Notes under the pieces: model-generated | Database searches by the model: none | What the model saw: only the letters and a program-made list of their open reading frames with translations | Told to the model about the DNA's origin: nothing | NCBI GenBank assembly: GCA_963713865.1 | Contig: OY970208.1 | Span: 352,001-416,000, forward strand | Reading direction: 5' to 3' | DNA from: an uncultured candidate division Zixibacteria bacterium | GTDB taxonomy: Bacteria; Zixibacteria; MSB-5A5; RBG-16-43-9 | Length of the DNA stretch: 64,000 nt | Made by a program: the position numbers and the translations under genes | In this document: positions 36,636 to 48,069 of the stretch, piece by piece | Position numbering within the stretch: the first letter of the stretch is position 1 | How the letters are laid out: each line of letters starts with the position of its first letter

Positions 36636-38360
36636 ATGAAAAAAATCCTTTTGATGGGTAACCCCAATGTGGGCAAAAGCGTGGTCTTCTCCCGGCTCAC
36701 CGGAATCAATGTAATTACCTCCAACTATCCGGGCACGACTGTGGAGTTTACTAAAGGACACATCAAATTGGGAAATGAGGTCATAGAAATCATAGATGTG
36801 CCCGGAACTTACACCCTTGAACCCAGCTCTTCGGCTGAAGAGGTGGCATTAAAGATTTTGAATCGGTCAGTGGAGGATAAGGACTGTATAGTGATAGATA
36901 TAGTTGATGCGACCAATTTAGAGCGGAATTTGAATCTTACCCTCCAACTGCTAAAAAAGGATATTCCGGTAATTGTTGCCCTAAATATATGGGATGAGGC
37001 AGGACACATCGGCGTTTCCATTGACGTAGAAAAACTACAGGAAATTCTTGGGGTCCCGGTTGTCCCAACCGTAGCCATAACCGGCGAAGGAATAAAGAAA
37101 CTGGTGGAGACATTACCTGTGGCTAAGAAAGGGGATTACCAATTTGAAAATGCTGAGAGATGGCACGAAATCGGTAGAATTGTGGAGAGAGTTCAGATTG
37201 TAAAACACCGGCATCATACATTCTTAGAGCGGATGGGGGATTTTACGGTAAGACCCTTTTCCGGAATCCCCACCGCAATTATTATTTTACTTCTGACATT
37301 TAAAATAGTGAGGTCTATTGGGGAAGGATTGATAAATCATCTTTTAGATCCTCTTTTTAAAAATCTTTACCTTCCGCTGATAACCAGCGCCATTGACAAC
37401 CTACTGCCAATCCAATTTTTTCATGATTTACTTTTAGGAACAACCCCGGATCCGCTGGGCTCATTTGGAGTCTTATCTGCAGGGGTCTATATCCCTTTTG
37501 TGGTGGTGTTGCCATATCTTTTCTCCTTCTACCTGGTTCTGAGTTTCTTAGAGGACCTGGGTTATCTGCCCCGGCTGGCAGTGCTTCTGGATAATCTTTT
37601 CCATCGTTTGGGCCTGCATGGTTATTCCTCGATTCCGGTAATCCTGGGACTTGGCTGTAAAGTTCCGGCTATACTCTCCACCAGAATCTTAGAGACCAGA
37701 AGGGAAAAGCTCATCGCCATTGCACTGATAATGATGAGCGCTCCCTGTTTGCCCCAGACCGCGATGATCTTAAGCATAATGGCCCCCTTTGGAAGCAGTT
37801 ATCTTTTTTTGATCTTCGGACTGCTTCTCCTGGTCTCCATTATCACCAGTATCATTTTAAACAAATTGCTCAAGGGTGAGACCCCGGAATTGCTCTGCGA
37901 GATTCCGCCATATCGCATCCCCAAGCTCTCTCTTCTAATGAGAAAGGTCTGGCTTCGCCTGAGTTCATTTGTTAAGGAAGCTGTCCCTCTTATTGTCCTG
38001 GGGATATTGTTCATTGCAATTTTAGATTTATCAGGTGCGATCGGATTTGCCAGCAAGATTCTGGGTGCGCCTATCTTGTATATATTGGGCCTTCCTCCGG
38101 AAACTGTCCTGGTGATGATAAGCGGATTTCTCCGCAAGGATGTCTCCATTGCTTTACTTACCCCTTTTAATCTGTCGCCTCAACAGCTTATTATCGCCTG
38201 CATATTTTTAGTCCTCTACCTCCCCTGCATTGCCACCTTTTTCGTTATGGTTAAGGAATTAGGCTTAAAAGATGGCGTGAAGCTGATAGCGATCTTGTTT
38301 TTCTCCGGTCTTTTAGTGGGTGGGATTCTTAATCTTTTCTTTAAAACCTTCGGAGCCTGA
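36636..38360 (+). CDS. feoB: Ferrous iron transporter B
   Basis: GNPNVGKS, NYPGTTVE, DVPGTY, DATNLERNL, LEDLGYLPR, GLGCKVP, YLPC; start taken as ATG 36636. Confidence 0.95.
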   Translation: MKKILLMGNPNVGKSVVFSRLTGINVITSNYPGTTVEFTKGHIKLGNEVIEIIDVPGTYTLEPSSSAEEVALKILNRSVEDKDCIVIDIVDATNLERNLNLTLQLLKKDIPVIVALNIWDEAGHIGVSIDVEKLQEILGVPVVPTVAITGEGIKKLVETLPVAKKGDYQFENAERWHEIGRIVERVQIVKHRHHTFLERMGDFTVRPFSGIPTAIIILLLTFKIVRSIGEGLINHLLDPLFKNLYLPLITSAIDNLLPIQFFHDLLLGTTPDPLGSFGVLSAGVYIPFVVVLPYLFSFYLVLSFLEDLGYLPRLAVLLDNLFHRLGLHGYSSIPVILGLGCKVPAILSTRILETRREKLIAIALIMMSAPCLPQTAMILSIMAPFGSSYLFLIFGLLLLVSIITSIILNKLLKGETPELLCEIPPYRIPKLSLLMRKVWLRLSSFVKEAVPLIVLGILFIAILDLSGAIGFASKILGAPILYILGLPPETVLVMISGFLRKDVSIALLTPFNLSPQQLIIACIFLVLYLPCIATFFVMVKELGLKDGVKLIAILFFSGLLVGGILNLFFKTFGA

Positions 38361-38474
38361 GCGGTTAGCCAAGATTCCAGTCTGAGCCTTTTATTCTGAT
38401 ACCAATCGCAAGCTGAAGTCCGGGAAACGGAGACTACGTTTGGTGTAACCAGTGCAGGATTTGCAGCGACTCAA

Positions 38475-39713
38475 CTACTTATCCCTGAGTTTAGTTGAGA
38501 TGAAAATCCCACCAAAAGAGACGAGAAGCGTTAGGATATATAAGAATCTAAAAGAGGTGAGCTGTATTATTATTCCACCTACCGCAGATAAAAATATTGA
38601 GGGAGCAGTAAAGGTATGCAGAAATCCAACGTAAATAGGTCTTTCTGCCTCAGGTGAAATTTCCAGAAGATAGTTCATATAACCAATGCTCAAGCCAGAA
38701 GTTATTGTCCCCAAGAAGAAAAATATGGAGGAGTAAAGGAATATCGGAAGATAGAAAAAGTGATAGGCGAGAAGTATTAATGGAGGGAAAGAAGATATAA
38801 TTGCAGTTATCAGTAAGACCTCTTTATTCTTTCCCCGATTACTCAGATAACCCCAGAAAATATTAGATAACACAAATCCAACCATTTGAGAGGTTAAAAA
38901 TATTCCTACTGTCTGGGGTGGGATTTTCAAAAATCTCTCGGCATAGATCACATAAAAGGGCAACCCTAAAACATAAGCCCCGATTATTAACTGTACAATG
39001 TAGAACAGCCTGAACTCCCGGTCATGTTTGAAGATCTTCAGTCCCTGATACAGATTTTCTCTCAAGCTTCTTTTGGTTTTGATTTCAGTCAGGGGAGGCT
39101 CCTTCACCCAGGAAAAGCTGATCAAACCTAGTAAAATGAAAAAAAAGGCTAAGGCAAAGATTATCCCGAAATTAATCGGGAATTGATAATTCCCTAAGAT
39201 TTTTTCTACCAGAATACCCGCCAGTACAGCCAATGTTCCACCAAAGAACATCCTCATTCCAAAAAAACTACCTCTTTTATTGAAAGGAATGGTCTTTCCC
39301 ACGATATCCATAAAGGCAACTCCTGAAATACCCCCGGAAAGTGAGTATACCGCGAAGAATAAAAAGAAAAAGATTAAAAGGAGCTGAGGATTTCTCTCCC
39401 CTAAAAAGAAAACTGATAGAACTAAAAGGAAAAAAGAGATAATCCGGATATAGGCAGTTTTGATATAAAGTGGAAGCTGGTTTTTCTGATAGAGGGTCAT
39501 TCCCGCCACAAAAAGCTGGGGGGAAAGCCAGCCAATGGTTTCCAGTGTGGAGGAAAGACCAATCAGTATATTGGAATCGGTAAGCTGACTGATAAATAAT
39601 GGAAGTATGGTTGACCCGCTGATAAAAGCAAGGACCAGGTTAAAGAAAACCCCATTTATAACCCCTAAGCTGAAGTTCCGTTTGAAATATCTTTCCTGCA
39701 GACCAGATTCCAT
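38475..39713 (-). CDS. MFS transporter
   Basis: About 12 TM helices; DIVGKTIP..KRG, WGYLSNRG, EISPEAERPIY. Confidence 0.85.
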   Translation of the reverse strand: MESGLQERYFKRNFSLGVINGVFFNLVLAFISGSTILPLFISQLTDSNILIGLSSTLETIGWLSPQLFVAGMTLYQKNQLPLYIKTAYIRIISFFLLVLSVFFLGERNPQLLLIFFFLFFAVYSLSGGISGVAFMDIVGKTIPFNKRGSFFGMRMFFGGTLAVLAGILVEKILGNYQFPINFGIIFALAFFFILLGLISFSWVKEPPLTEIKTKRSLRENLYQGLKIFKHDREFRLFYIVQLIIGAYVLGLPFYVIYAERFLKIPPQTVGIFLTSQMVGFVLSNIFWGYLSNRGKNKEVLLITAIISSFPPLILLAYHFFYLPIFLYSSIFFFLGTITSGLSIGYMNYLLEISPEAERPIYVGFLHTFTAPSIFLSAVGGIIIQLTSFRFLYILTLLVSFGGIFISTKLRDK

Positions 39714-39982
39714 AGGGTGAAATGATATATTTGAGAATCTTTATTGTCAAGGATTAGCTTGATTGAATGACAGATTATAAATTGAAGATGAAAGGTGAAG
39801 AACTCATAGCGCTCGACCTTTGTGTCGTTCGTTTATTTTTTGTCAATTGTAGTTTTGGGTCTTGTGCCCAGCTAATTCCCTCTCCCCTATTGGGAGAGGT
39901 GGTATATTAGATAACAAACTTTAAATTTGACTTTGATTTTTAAGCTACTATATTAGCTGCAAAAGGAAAGGGAAGGAAAAAT

Positions 39983-40786
39983 ATGTCGATATTCGAAGAC
40001 CTGGCAATTGGACAATATCAACCCGTGGACTCTGCAATCCACAGGTTGGATCCCAGAATTAAATTATTTTTAGTTCTGATAATGGTCTTATTCGTTGCGG
40101 TAACGGTGAATTTTATACTATATATGGTTTGGTTGGCTTTTATTTCAGGATTATTCTTTATCTCTAAAATCCCTCCCTCCTCTATTTTGAAAAGCTTAAA
40201 GTCTTTCATTTTCTTTTTCATCTTTATCTTTTTGCTCCAGGTCTTCTTATCCTCGGAGAGTTTTGGAACTTATTTTTACTTTGGCTATTTCCAGATCGGA
40301 TTTGAGGGAATAGTCAATGGATTTATCTACACCTTGAGACTTCTCCTCTTTATTCTTGGAGCAACTTTTTTAAGCCTGACCACCTCTCCGATGGAGATCT
40401 TAGATGGGATTCTAAAATTTTTTGGTCCGTTGAAAAAATTGAAATTGCCGGTGGAGGAGTTCTCTTTAATGAGCCTTATCTCCATTAGATTTATCCCCCT
40501 CCTTTTGGATGAGGGCATAAACTTGAAAAAAGCCCAGATGGCACGGGGTGCAGATTTCGAAGGTGGTCTTGTCCAGAGGATCAAAAAAGCTTTCCCCCTG
40601 CTTATACCTTTGTTTATCTCTTCCTTCCGTAAGGCAGATGATTTAGCCCTGGCTTTAGAGGCACGGGGTTTTCAAAGCGGGGAAAAACGAAGCTCTTTCA
40701 ACCGGTTAAAATTTAAAAAGGAAGATTTCCTCTTTGCTGGTTTAATAATCCTTTTTTCTTTTCTGTCTTTAATAATTATTATTTAA
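39983..40786 (+). CDS. ecfT: ECF transporter transmembrane component T
   Basis: HRLDPRIK, IRFIP, AQMARG, ALEARG. Confidence 0.9.
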   Translation: MSIFEDLAIGQYQPVDSAIHRLDPRIKLFLVLIMVLFVAVTVNFILYMVWLAFISGLFFISKIPPSSILKSLKSFIFFFIFIFLLQVFLSSESFGTYFYFGYFQIGFEGIVNGFIYTLRLLLFILGATFLSLTTSPMEILDGILKFFGPLKKLKLPVEEFSLMSLISIRFIPLLLDEGINLKKAQMARGADFEGGLVQRIKKAFPLLIPLFISSFRKADDLALALEARGFQSGEKRSSFNRLKFKKEDFLFAGLIILFSFLSLIIII

Positions 40787-40787
40787 T

Positions 40788-41522
40788 TTGATGACCAGAA
40801 ATCTCAAGCTGAAAATAGAATATGACGGCACAGATTTTTCCGGCTGGCAGAGACAGCTGGATTTGAGAACGGTGCAGGGAGCAATAGAGGATCAGCTTAA
40901 AAAAATTACTCAGGAAGCGATTACCCTTACCGGTTCAGGCAGAACCGATGTCGGGGTGCATGCTTTGGAGCAGGTGGCAAATTTCAAGACTGAATCTAAA
41001 CTGGGTTTAGATTCAATTTTTAAAGGCCTGAATTCCCTATTGCCAGAGGATATTTTAATAAAAGATATTGAGGAGATGAATTTAGATTTTAACTCCAGAT
41101 ACAAAGCTAAAAGCCGGGTATATAGATACAAAATCTATTTGGGTAAAAACGTTTTCTTGAGAAGATATGCCTGGGAGGTTTCGTATCCATTGGACCTGGA
41201 GAAAATTAATTCGGCCACTCAGATAACTTTAGGGGAGCACGATTTCACCTCCTTCTGCGTCTCAGAGTCTGCCAAAGAGGATAATCGCTGCTATATTATA
41301 AAAGCTTTCTGGGAAAAAGATGAAAATAAACTGGAGTTTGAGATAGAAGCAGACCGGTTCCTGCATACCATGGTCAGGAGTTTAGTGGGAACTTTAATCG
41401 ATTTAGGCAGGGGATATTTCAGTCTGGATGATTTCAAAGAGATCCTTAATGCCAGAGACCATAAAAAAGCGGGCTTGACTGCACCAGCTAAAGGGTTATA
41501 TTTAGTCAAAGTCAACTACTAA
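40788..41522 (+). CDS. truA: tRNA pseudouridine(38-40) synthase
   Basis: [39 protein letters not shown]. Confidence 0.95.
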   Translation: MMTRNLKLKIEYDGTDFSGWQRQLDLRTVQGAIEDQLKKITQEAITLTGSGRTDVGVHALEQVANFKTESKLGLDSIFKGLNSLLPEDILIKDIEEMNLDFNSRYKAKSRVYRYKIYLGKNVFLRRYAWEVSYPLDLEKINSATQITLGEHDFTSFCVSESAKEDNRCYIIKAFWEKDENKLEFEIEADRFLHTMVRSLVGTLIDLGRGYFSLDDFKEILNARDHKKAGLTAPAKGLYLVKVNY

Positions 41523-41533
41523 AAGGAGCGTTT

Positions 41534-42181
41534 ATGAAGATATTTTTGGATACGGCGAACTTCGAGGAGATAAAGGAGGCGGCATCCTGGGGGATTTTAG
41601 ATGGAGTTACCACCAATCCAACTTTGCTTTCCAAGGAGAAGGAAGATTATAAGACACTTCTTAAGAAAATCTGTGAAGTGGTGGATGGTCCTATCAGTGC
41701 GGAGGTGGTAAGTTTAGACCCGGAGGGGATGGTAAAAGAGGCTGAAGAGCTGGTCAAAATAGGAAGAAATATTGTGATAAAAGTCCCTATCTCCAGGGAT
41801 GGATTGAAAGCCATAAGAATGCTTTCAGACAAGGGGATAAAGACCAACTGCACTTTGATATTTGCACCCATCCAGGCGCTTTTGGCTGCCAAAGCAGGAG
41901 CATCTTTTGTCAGCCCTTTTGTTGGAAGATTGGATGATGCCAGTCATATAGGGATGGAGCTGGTCGGGCAGATTGTTAAAATCTTCGATAACTATGTGGT
42001 TGAGACTGAAATCATAGTTGCCAGTATCCGCAATCCGCTTCACGTGGTCGACGCTGCTCTTATGGGCGCGGATATTTCCACAATGCCTTTTAAGATTCTT
42101 CAGCAACTAGTAAAGCATCCTTTAACTGACGTGGGGATTAAGAATTTCTTAGCCGACTGGGAAAAAGTTAAGAAAGGATAA
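41534..42181 (+). CDS. tal: Transaldolase (fsa/talC/mipB family)
   Basis: FLDTA, GVTTNPT, SAEV, VIKVP, VSPFVGR, ASIR. The Glu in SAEV and the Phe in PFVGR favour transaldolase over FSA. Confidence 0.9.
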   Translation: MKIFLDTANFEEIKEAASWGILDGVTTNPTLLSKEKEDYKTLLKKICEVVDGPISAEVVSLDPEGMVKEAEELVKIGRNIVIKVPISRDGLKAIRMLSDKGIKTNCTLIFAPIQALLAAKAGASFVSPFVGRLDDASHIGMELVGQIVKIFDNYVVETEIIVASIRNPLHVVDAALMGADISTMPFKILQQLVKHPLTDVGIKNFLADWEKVKKG

Positions 42182-42184
42182 AAA

Positions 42185-43483
42185 ATGATAGAAAGATATA
42201 CTCTGCCGCAGATGCAAGAGCTGTGGTCTGATGAGAACAAGTTCAGAAAATGGATAGAGATCGAAATCTTAGCCTGCGAGGCACAGGCGAAATTAGGAAA
42301 TATACCTAAAAATGTTATTCCGCGTATCCGGAAGAAGGCTGATTTCAATGTAGAAAAAATCAACCAGATCGAACAAAAGGTCAAGCACGACGTGATTGCC
42401 TTTTTGACCAATCTGGCGGAATATGTGGGAGAGGATTCAAAATATATTCACCTGGGAATGACCTCTTACGATGTGGTTGATACTGCGCTTTCCCTAATCT
42501 TAAAAGAGGCAGGAAATATTATCCTTAAAGATTTAGAAGGGTTAAGGAAGGTAGTCAGGAAAAAAGCTTTTCAATATAAAAAAACTCCTATGATCGGCAG
42601 GACTCACGGGGTTCAGGCTGAACCGATAAGTCTGGGTTTGAAATTCGCTTTATGGTATGCGGAGATCGAAAGGGATATAGAGAGACTGAAAAAAGCTATC
42701 AAGACTGTCTCAGTAGGGAAACTCTCCGGTGCAGTTGGTAATTTCGCTCATCTTTCCCCTAAGATTGAGGAATATGTCTGCAAAAAAGCAGGACTCGCTC
42801 CAGCTTCGGTTTCCACCCAGATATTACAGCGGGACAGACACGCAGAATTTGTAACCACAATGGCTCTAATTGCCGGGACAATTGAGAAATTCGCCACCGA
42901 GATAAGAAATCTCCAGCGAACTGAGATTTTAGAATTGGAAGAAGGATTTACCAAAGGACAAAAAGGCTCCTCCGCTATGCCGCACAAAAGAAACCCCTTT
43001 ATGTGCGAAAGGCTCACTGGAATGGCAAGAGTGGTCAGAGGAGATGCCTTAGCCGCTCTGGAAAATATGAATTTATGGCATGAAAGGGATATTACCAATT
43101 CTGCTGTGGAAAGGGTAATTCTGCCTGATTCCACCAGTTTGGTGGATTATATACTTGTGAATTTTACGCGGATTATGGAAAATCTGACCGTCTATACTGA
43201 AAATATGTTAAAGAATATAGACAAGACCAAAGGCTTGGTCTTCTCCCAGAGAGTCTTGACCAAACTAACCCAGAAAACCAAAACCAGAGAAGAAGCTTAC
43301 GCCTTAGTCCAGGAAAATGCAATGAAAGCCTGGAATTCAGGTGAGAGTTTTAAAGAATTAGTCCTACAGGACCAGAGGATAAAAAAATACCTGAGCCAGA
43401 AAGAGATTTTAGACTGCTTTGATTTAAAATATTATCTGAGGAATGTGGATTATATTTTCAAGAGGGTATTTAAGAGGAAGTAA
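42185..43483 (+). CDS. purB: Adenylosuccinate lyase
   Basis: MIERY, HDV, GRTHG, GSSAMPHKRNP, WHERD. Confidence 0.96.
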   Translation: MIERYTLPQMQELWSDENKFRKWIEIEILACEAQAKLGNIPKNVIPRIRKKADFNVEKINQIEQKVKHDVIAFLTNLAEYVGEDSKYIHLGMTSYDVVDTALSLILKEAGNIILKDLEGLRKVVRKKAFQYKKTPMIGRTHGVQAEPISLGLKFALWYAEIERDIERLKKAIKTVSVGKLSGAVGNFAHLSPKIEEYVCKKAGLAPASVSTQILQRDRHAEFVTTMALIAGTIEKFATEIRNLQRTEILELEEGFTKGQKGSSAMPHKRNPFMCERLTGMARVVRGDALAALENMNLWHERDITNSAVERVILPDSTSLVDYILVNFTRIMENLTVYTENMLKNIDKTKGLVFSQRVLTKLTQKTKTREEAYALVQENAMKAWNSGESFKELVLQDQRIKKYLSQKEILDCFDLKYYLRNVDYIFKRVFKRK

Positions 43484-43486
43484 TCG

Positions 43487-46142
43487 ATGGAAAAAGAGAT
43501 AATGAAGAAACTAAAAGTGCTGGTTAATCTAGATGTAGATAAATACGTTCGGCGATCTGGTGAAAAAGTAGAGGAAAACGTTAAGATAAAACTGACCCTG
43601 CCCCTCCTTAGGCTTCTAGGCTATGATGATCAGAAAGATATGGATTTTGAGCATCACATAAGAAATAAAAGAGCGGACATAGCTCTGTTGTTTGAGGGAA
43701 AGCCCAAGTTAATAATCGAAACTAAAGACTTAGATGAGGATTTAGATAATCATATCGACCAGGCCTTAGATTACGCCTTTAAAAAAGGAGTGGATTGGGT
43801 AGTTTTAACCAATGGAGTTGAGATCAGGCTTTATAAATCGTTCATCACTGGTATATCACCTGTAGACAGAAAAATATTCTCTACCCATCTGAAGGAATTA
43901 GCCCAGAACATTCAAAAGTTTACAAGAAAGAATTTCCAAAGAGAATTTAAAAACCGCTCAGAAGATTATCCAAGAAGCTGAAGAGGTCAGGGAAAATATT
44001 ACTGCAAAAATCTTAGTAAAGGATTTAGCCGAGTGCAAGAAAAGATTGTTCCTTGACCTTTTTGACCAGTTTAAAGTTAGATATAAAACAGATGTAGAGT
44101 TTAAAAAGATTATAGATAACTGGGCAGATAGAGTTTCTATGAATTTAGATGATCCGAAACTTATAGATAAGCTTTGTATTGAGGGTGCTTATACCTTGAT
44201 TAATCGAGTTCTATTCTTGAGAATCTGTGAAGATAAAGGACATATAAAACCTAAGTTAACAAAAGATTCATTAAAGAAATGGAGGGAGATGGTGGAAAGG
44301 CCAAGCCGGATATTGGGTCTGGCCTTCTCAGAGATAGCAGATAGATTTGAAGGGCTTTATAAATCTCCTCTTTTCGATGATATAAAATTTGAAGATATTA
44401 AATGGAGTGATGATGTAGTAAACTTCATCCTGAATACCTTAGGTGAGCACGATTTTGGCAAAGTTACCAAAGATATCTTGGGACGGGCTTATGAACAACA
44501 TATAACCAAAGAAGAAAGAAAGGAATTAGGTCAATTTTACACACCTGATTTTGTTGTTGATTACATCCTGGACAGAATAGTGCTTTCGCCAGACAAAAAA
44601 ATCCTTGACCCGGCTTGTGGCTCTGGTGGGTTTTTGATGAAGTCTTATGATAGATTGAGAGACCTTTATAGAAAAGAGGATTGGGCTGAGGATAAAATTC
44701 ATAATGAGATTCTAAACAAAAATCTTTATGGGATAGATATTAATCCTTTTGCTACTCAACTTACAGTGATGAATCTGTTCTTAAAAGATTTAGACCATCC
44801 TACCAGTAACATACATATAGCTGAAGGTGATTCCTTAGAAAGATTAGAGAATTCTTTAGACTTGGATTATTTCCATAAAGAAAGCCCACTAAATAAAATT
44901 ACGAAATCAGATAAGAAGTTTTCGCATAACAAGATACTAAAAGAAATGCCCTTTGATGTGATTATTGGCAATCCCCCCTATATAAGTTTTGGAGTTAGAG
45001 GTTCAAGAGATACAGCTCAAAGGAAAAAAGCCTTATTAGAACGACTGAGGGAGAAGTATCCAAACTCGGCTGAATATAAAATCAGTTTATATGCGGTTTT
45101 TATGCAAAGAGGAATCGAGCTATTGAAACCAGGCGGAAAGTTTGGTTTCATTGTGCCGGATAGCTTTTTGTTGGGCAGGTATTTTTCTAAATTAAGACAG
45201 TATATTTTAAACAACTGTGCTATTGAAGAAATAACCTTGTTTAAGAAGGACTTCTGGAAGTATGGTGTCGTTGGAAGACCAGTGATTATCATACTTAGAA
45301 AAGAATTGGATGAAAAGAAGAGGAAAGAGAATAAATTAACTGCTCGGCTTTATTCTACTCAGTATGACATCCAGAAAATAAGTTTCAAATCTTATTCTTA
45401 TGAACAAAACTATTTTGAAAACACATTACATAATCGTTTTAGGCTGTTTTTTGATAAAGAGTCAAAAGTATTTGTAGAAAAGTTGGAGAGAAAAAGTAGA
45501 ATTCTGGGTGGAGAAAAAGGAATTGTCTCTATCCATACAGGTATTAGATCAAAAATAGGACAGAAAAAAATTGTTGGAGAAGCAAAAAAAGGTGTAAATT
45601 GGAAAAGAGGATTGATTTCCGGAGGACAAATTAATAGATACTCATTAAAATATGAAGGACATTTTATCAACATTGAACCTGAACTATTGTGGTCTGGTGG
45701 TTGGGACCCTGAAATTATTCAAAACAAGAAACTACTGCTTAGAAAAACTGGGGACAGCTTAATTACTACTTATGATGACAAAGGTTATTATCATCTTGAT
45801 AACCTTCATTCTATAGTCCTAAAGGATAGAGACTGCAACTTAAAATATATTTTGTCAGTTTTAAACTCCAACCTAATGAATAAATATTACAAATTCATAA
45901 GTTTAGAATCAGGACGGGTTATGGCTCAGACCGATATTGAGACGATTGAACAATTGCCAATTAGGCCAGCATCTAAAGAAAAACAAAAAGAGATTGCAAG
46001 ACTGGTGGATAAAATCCTTTTATTAAATGAACAGCTAAATAAGACAAAATCGGCCAAAGAATCTCAACAGCTTAAATCCCAGATTGAAGAGATAGATCAA
46101 CAAATTGAAGAAAAAATAAAGAAAATCTATGAAGTTGATTAA
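43487..46142 (+). CDS. Type IIG-like fused restriction endonuclease / N6-adenine methyltransferase, frameshifted near 43900
   Basis: HsdR_N-like nuclease ADIA...IETK; then GQFYTP, DPACGSG, GIDIN, IGNPPY and a TaqI-C-like specificity region. The second frame is open from about 43902. Confidence 0.85.
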
Positions 46143-46178
46143 ATATCAATTTAATAAATTCTTTATTAAGGAATTAGT

Positions 46179-46823
46179 ATGACCAAGGACGGTTTAGGCA
46201 TTATAGTTATCAGTTTAATTTTAACCATCTTTCTCTTTTTGCTCTCGGTTTTAACCAGAAGCAAAATCATCTCAGGAATTACTGTTCTTTTTTTAGCAAT
46301 TACTCTTTTTATTGTTTTTTTCTTTCGAGACCCGGAAAGGAAGATTGCTCAGGAAGAAAATATAATATTTGCCCCTGCGGATGGAAAAATTTTTGAGCTT
46401 CTCCCTTTTTCTGAGAACAGTTTCATAAACTCCCCTGGCACCAAAGTCTCTATTTTTTTATCTCTTTGGGATGTGCATATAAACAGAAATCCGATAAGCG
46501 GGATAGTAAAATATTCAAAATATACTCCCGGCAGGTTCAATCCTGCCTATAAAGAAAAAGCGTCAGCCGAGAATGAAAGTAATGAGCTCGGTTTAGAGAA
46601 TGAGAAGATTAAATTAGTCTTGAAACAGATTGCTGGGACTATTGCCCGCAGGATAGTCTGCCGAATAAAAGAAGGGGATAAAATTATAGCTGGAGAAAGA
46701 TTCGGGATGATAAAGTTCGGCTCAAGGGTTGAGCTTTTTCTCCCGCAGAAGGCTAAGATTTTAGTGAAGTTAGGTCAGAAGGTTAAGGCAGGTGAAACTG
46801 TAATCGGTACGTATGAAGTGTAA
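46179..46823 (+). CDS. psd: Phosphatidylserine decarboxylase
   Basis: FFRDPER, APADGK, SIFLS..DVH, QIAG..ARRI, KFGSRV self-cleavage site. Confidence 0.94.
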   Translation: MTKDGLGIIVISLILTIFLFLLSVLTRSKIISGITVLFLAITLFIVFFFRDPERKIAQEENIIFAPADGKIFELLPFSENSFINSPGTKVSIFLSLWDVHINRNPISGIVKYSKYTPGRFNPAYKEKASAENESNELGLENEKIKLVLKQIAGTIARRIVCRIKEGDKIIAGERFGMIKFGSRVELFLPQKAKILVKLGQKVKAGETVIGTYEV

Positions 46824-46853
46824 AGCTTCAGGAAAAATGGAAAAATCCAGAAC

Positions 46854-46949
46854 TGTCATTCTGAGGAAGTCCCCTCCGGGGACGACCGAAGAATCTCTTT
46901 GATTCTTAGGAAGATTCTTCGTTCGCCTACGGCGAGACTCAGAATGACA
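46854..46949. mobile_element. MITE-like palindromic element
   Basis: Terminal inverted repeat TGTCATTCTGAG...CTCAGAATGACA and inner inverted repeat CGAAGAATCT/AGATTCTTCG; sits between psd and pssA. Confidence 0.7.
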
Positions 46950-47050
46950 CTTTGTTAGTTCTGGTTATAAATAACGCGTAAAGGCGGAGTTAAACTCCAC
47001 CCCTACGTGAGCAAAAATACCCAATGAATTGGGCAACTATATAAAATTAT

Positions 47051-47776
47051 ATGAGAAATTTTAAAGGAATCTTTCCAGGGGTTTTCACCGTGGGCAATAT
47101 GCTCTGCGGGTTTATCTCCATCCTGCAGAGCTTCGAAGGTGAGGCCATCCATGCGGCCTGGCTTATAATCTTAGCCGGTTTTTTCGATGCCCTGGATGGC
47201 AAGATCGCCCGTATTTCCAGGAGCGCTTCCCGCTTCGGCATAGAGCTGGACTCCTTTGCAGATTTCGTCTCCTTTGGCATAGCTCCTGCAGTCATCTTCT
47301 ATTCTTTCAGACTCTATGTCCTGGGAACCTGGGGTTGGCTTCTCGGTTTTTTGTTCATTATCTGCGGGGCTTTCAGATTAGCACGATTTAACATAGAAGC
47401 AAGACTTGAGGAAAAACCATATTTTACCGGACTCCCCATTCCAGCTGCGGCTGTTACCCTTTGTGGTTATACCCTTTTTTCCTATGAATTGTGGGGGGAG
47501 CTTTTATATCCTGAGGTTTTAATCACTTTAATTATAGTTTTTTCCGCATTAATGGTCTCGGGTATAGAATATGAGACCCTGCCAAGATTTTCCTTGAATT
47601 CTAAAAAGAATTTGATTAAACTGATTTATATACTGGTAGCTCTGATTGCCGTGCTGTTAAAACCCAGACTGGCTATCTTCCCCTTGGGGATGATTTATGT
47701 TCTTTCCGGAATTGCGAGGGAGGTTTACCAGTTAGTGCACATGGAACCAAAAAACGAAAAACTCGTAGATAAATAA
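47051..47776 (+). CDS. pssA: CDP-diacylglycerol-serine O-phosphatidyltransferase
   Basis: DALDGKIAR, FGIELDSFADFVSFG, RLARFN, FTGLPIP. Confidence 0.93.
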   Translation: MRNFKGIFPGVFTVGNMLCGFISILQSFEGEAIHAAWLIILAGFFDALDGKIARISRSASRFGIELDSFADFVSFGIAPAVIFYSFRLYVLGTWGWLLGFLFIICGAFRLARFNIEARLEEKPYFTGLPIPAAAVTLCGYTLFSYELWGELLYPEVLITLIIVFSALMVSGIEYETLPRFSLNSKKNLIKLIYILVALIAVLLKPRLAIFPLGMIYVLSGIAREVYQLVHMEPKNEKLVDK

Positions 47777-48069
47777 TGAAGGTTCCTCCTAAAAAAGAGA
47801 AAGGTATGGAAAAAAAAGAAAAATCAGGTAAGGCCATAGTTTATGTCAGGCTAAAAGAAGGGGTCTTGGATCCTCAAGGCACCACCATCAAAAGGGCTCT
47901 GGAGGATATGGGGTATAAGGGGATCGAAGAGGTAAGGAGCGGTAAGTTTTTCGAGATAATTTTTCATTCCACAACCAAAAAAGAAGGTTTGAAACTGGTA
48001 AATAATATCTCCGATAAGCTTTTAGCCAACCCGGTGATCGAGGATTTCAAGGTGGAGATTTTAAAATGA
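47776..48069 (+). CDS. purS: FGAM synthase subunit PurS
   Basis: [19 protein letters not shown]. Confidence 0.92.
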   Translation: MKVPPKKEKGMEKKEKSGKAIVYVRLKEGVLDPQGTTIKRALEDMGYKGIEEVRSGKFFEIIFHSTTKKEGLKLVNNISDKLLANPVIEDFKVEILK

